The position numbers were made by a program, and so were the translations under genes. This document shows positions 63,025 to 64,000 of a DNA stretch of 64,000 bases, piece by piece. This DNA comes from Ascidiella aspersa (taxonomy: Eukaryota). Position 1 is the stretch's first letter. Every line of letters starts with the position of its first letter. The stretch covers positions 18,228,001-18,292,000 of the forward strand of contig OZ004615.1 of the NCBI GenBank assembly GCA_963924565.1, read 5' to 3'. Below the pieces are notes generated by a model. The model saw only the letters and a list, made by a program, of their open reading frames with translations. It was not told the DNA's origin and searched no databases.

Positions 63025-64000
63025 GACAAACAGGACATATGAACTCGTGCTGGCGTTGGAAGAATGATTGCGGGTTGCATGTGGCGCGTTGTGATTGCCG
63101 AAATGTAAACAGAATGCAGGAGAGAAGTAGGCTCTGGCGTCAAAAGCAGTTTCGCATGTTTTTTTCTGGGAAGGTCGCATTCAAATAATACATAGGGCCG
63201 TTTTGTTTGCGCTGTGTTTCCTATAAATCGAAGTGTAGTGTCGAACAGATACAGATATCATCAAGTTGGACTCGCTGTATTGCCGAGGGTGGTTCTTTAT
63301 CCGCATCACATGGCACCATTGGATCTTGATGCACAAGTCGCTGAACGATAAGTAAAACGAAGCGCGCGGACTTCACCATCAATAGACGTCTTTTTTATTA
63401 TTTTTATTTAATTAGTCGGTGCGTTTCTTTCGCTCAAGTTAAGCGGCGGTTTATAAACAGCGCCACGTCTTGTCGAATTGCCGTCTTCTTTTAGCTGGTG
63501 TGAGTGATGACACGGCGCCGTGGCGTGCGTAAGCTGCACCGACCGCGGACCATAAAGGCCAGTGTTTTAGCCGCAGCGCAGTTTCAAGCTAATCTTCCCC
63601 CAGCGTACGCAACTTCCTTCCGTATCAAGTGGCGCGGCACGAACTTAGCCCAGATTCAGTCGTCAGGCTAAGCCAGGGGTAAATGACAGTAAATCGAGCA
63701 AGCTGTGAGCAGCGCAGCGCATTAACCGCAATGCCTTATTACGGTGTCTACCTGTCACGTTTTACGCGCCACATTTTTGTAGATCAGTCAGGATTGAACG
63801 CCCATATTGAAACGCAGGACTGCAGATGTGCATTACGAAAGACGGGCGTGTGTCGCTAGCCTTCGATTGGACTTGTATCGGCAGGCGGTTTCATCGCGCG
63901 TTTTATTGCCGCGTAATTGGCGACGCGCTACGACGACGCCTAAAGGGAAAAAGGCCCGAGTGTTTTATTGCTGGAACGGTGAGGGTGAAAAGAGCAACGC

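Noticed and set aside
63494-63505. Microexon at ttcttttag|ctggt|gtgagt
   Set aside because: The 5-nt form breaks the frame and the 3-nt form has a weak donor; not supportable without reads.

Overview
Eukaryotic, AT-rich, intron-containing animal DNA. It is most likely an invertebrate chordate such as an ascidian; this is inferred from gene compactness, the chordate-type RasGAP N-terminus, the MITE repertoire and mosaic CpG content. The left third (1-18 kb) is a CpG-poor housekeeping block. It holds the 3' end of an unidentified + strand gene and three tightly packed - strand genes: Rab5 (5 coding exons, 208 aa), ARPC5 (4 coding exons, 154 aa, intron 1 is U12/minor-spliceosome type) and SGF29 (intronless 294-aa CDS). 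A transposon-rich spacer (18-22.5 kb) follows. The remaining ~41 kb is the 5' part of a + strand SynGAP/DAB2IP/RASAL2-family RasGAP gene that the ORF track misses. It has split-PH-domain exons at 23.7 and 24.9 kb, several frame-compatible alternative N-terminal exons (38.5, 41.3, 47.6, 48.3, 56.6 kb) and a shared exon at 59.65 kb; the C2/GAP exons lie beyond the window. Many non-autonomous hAT-like MITEs with 8-bp TSDs are present, including a triple-nested one. I found no rRNA, tRNA, CRISPR array or autonomous transposon, and no clearly new molecular system. The best leads are the SGF29-ARPC5 shared-transcript arrangement, the deviant U12 intron and the interleaved RasGAP isoform architecture.
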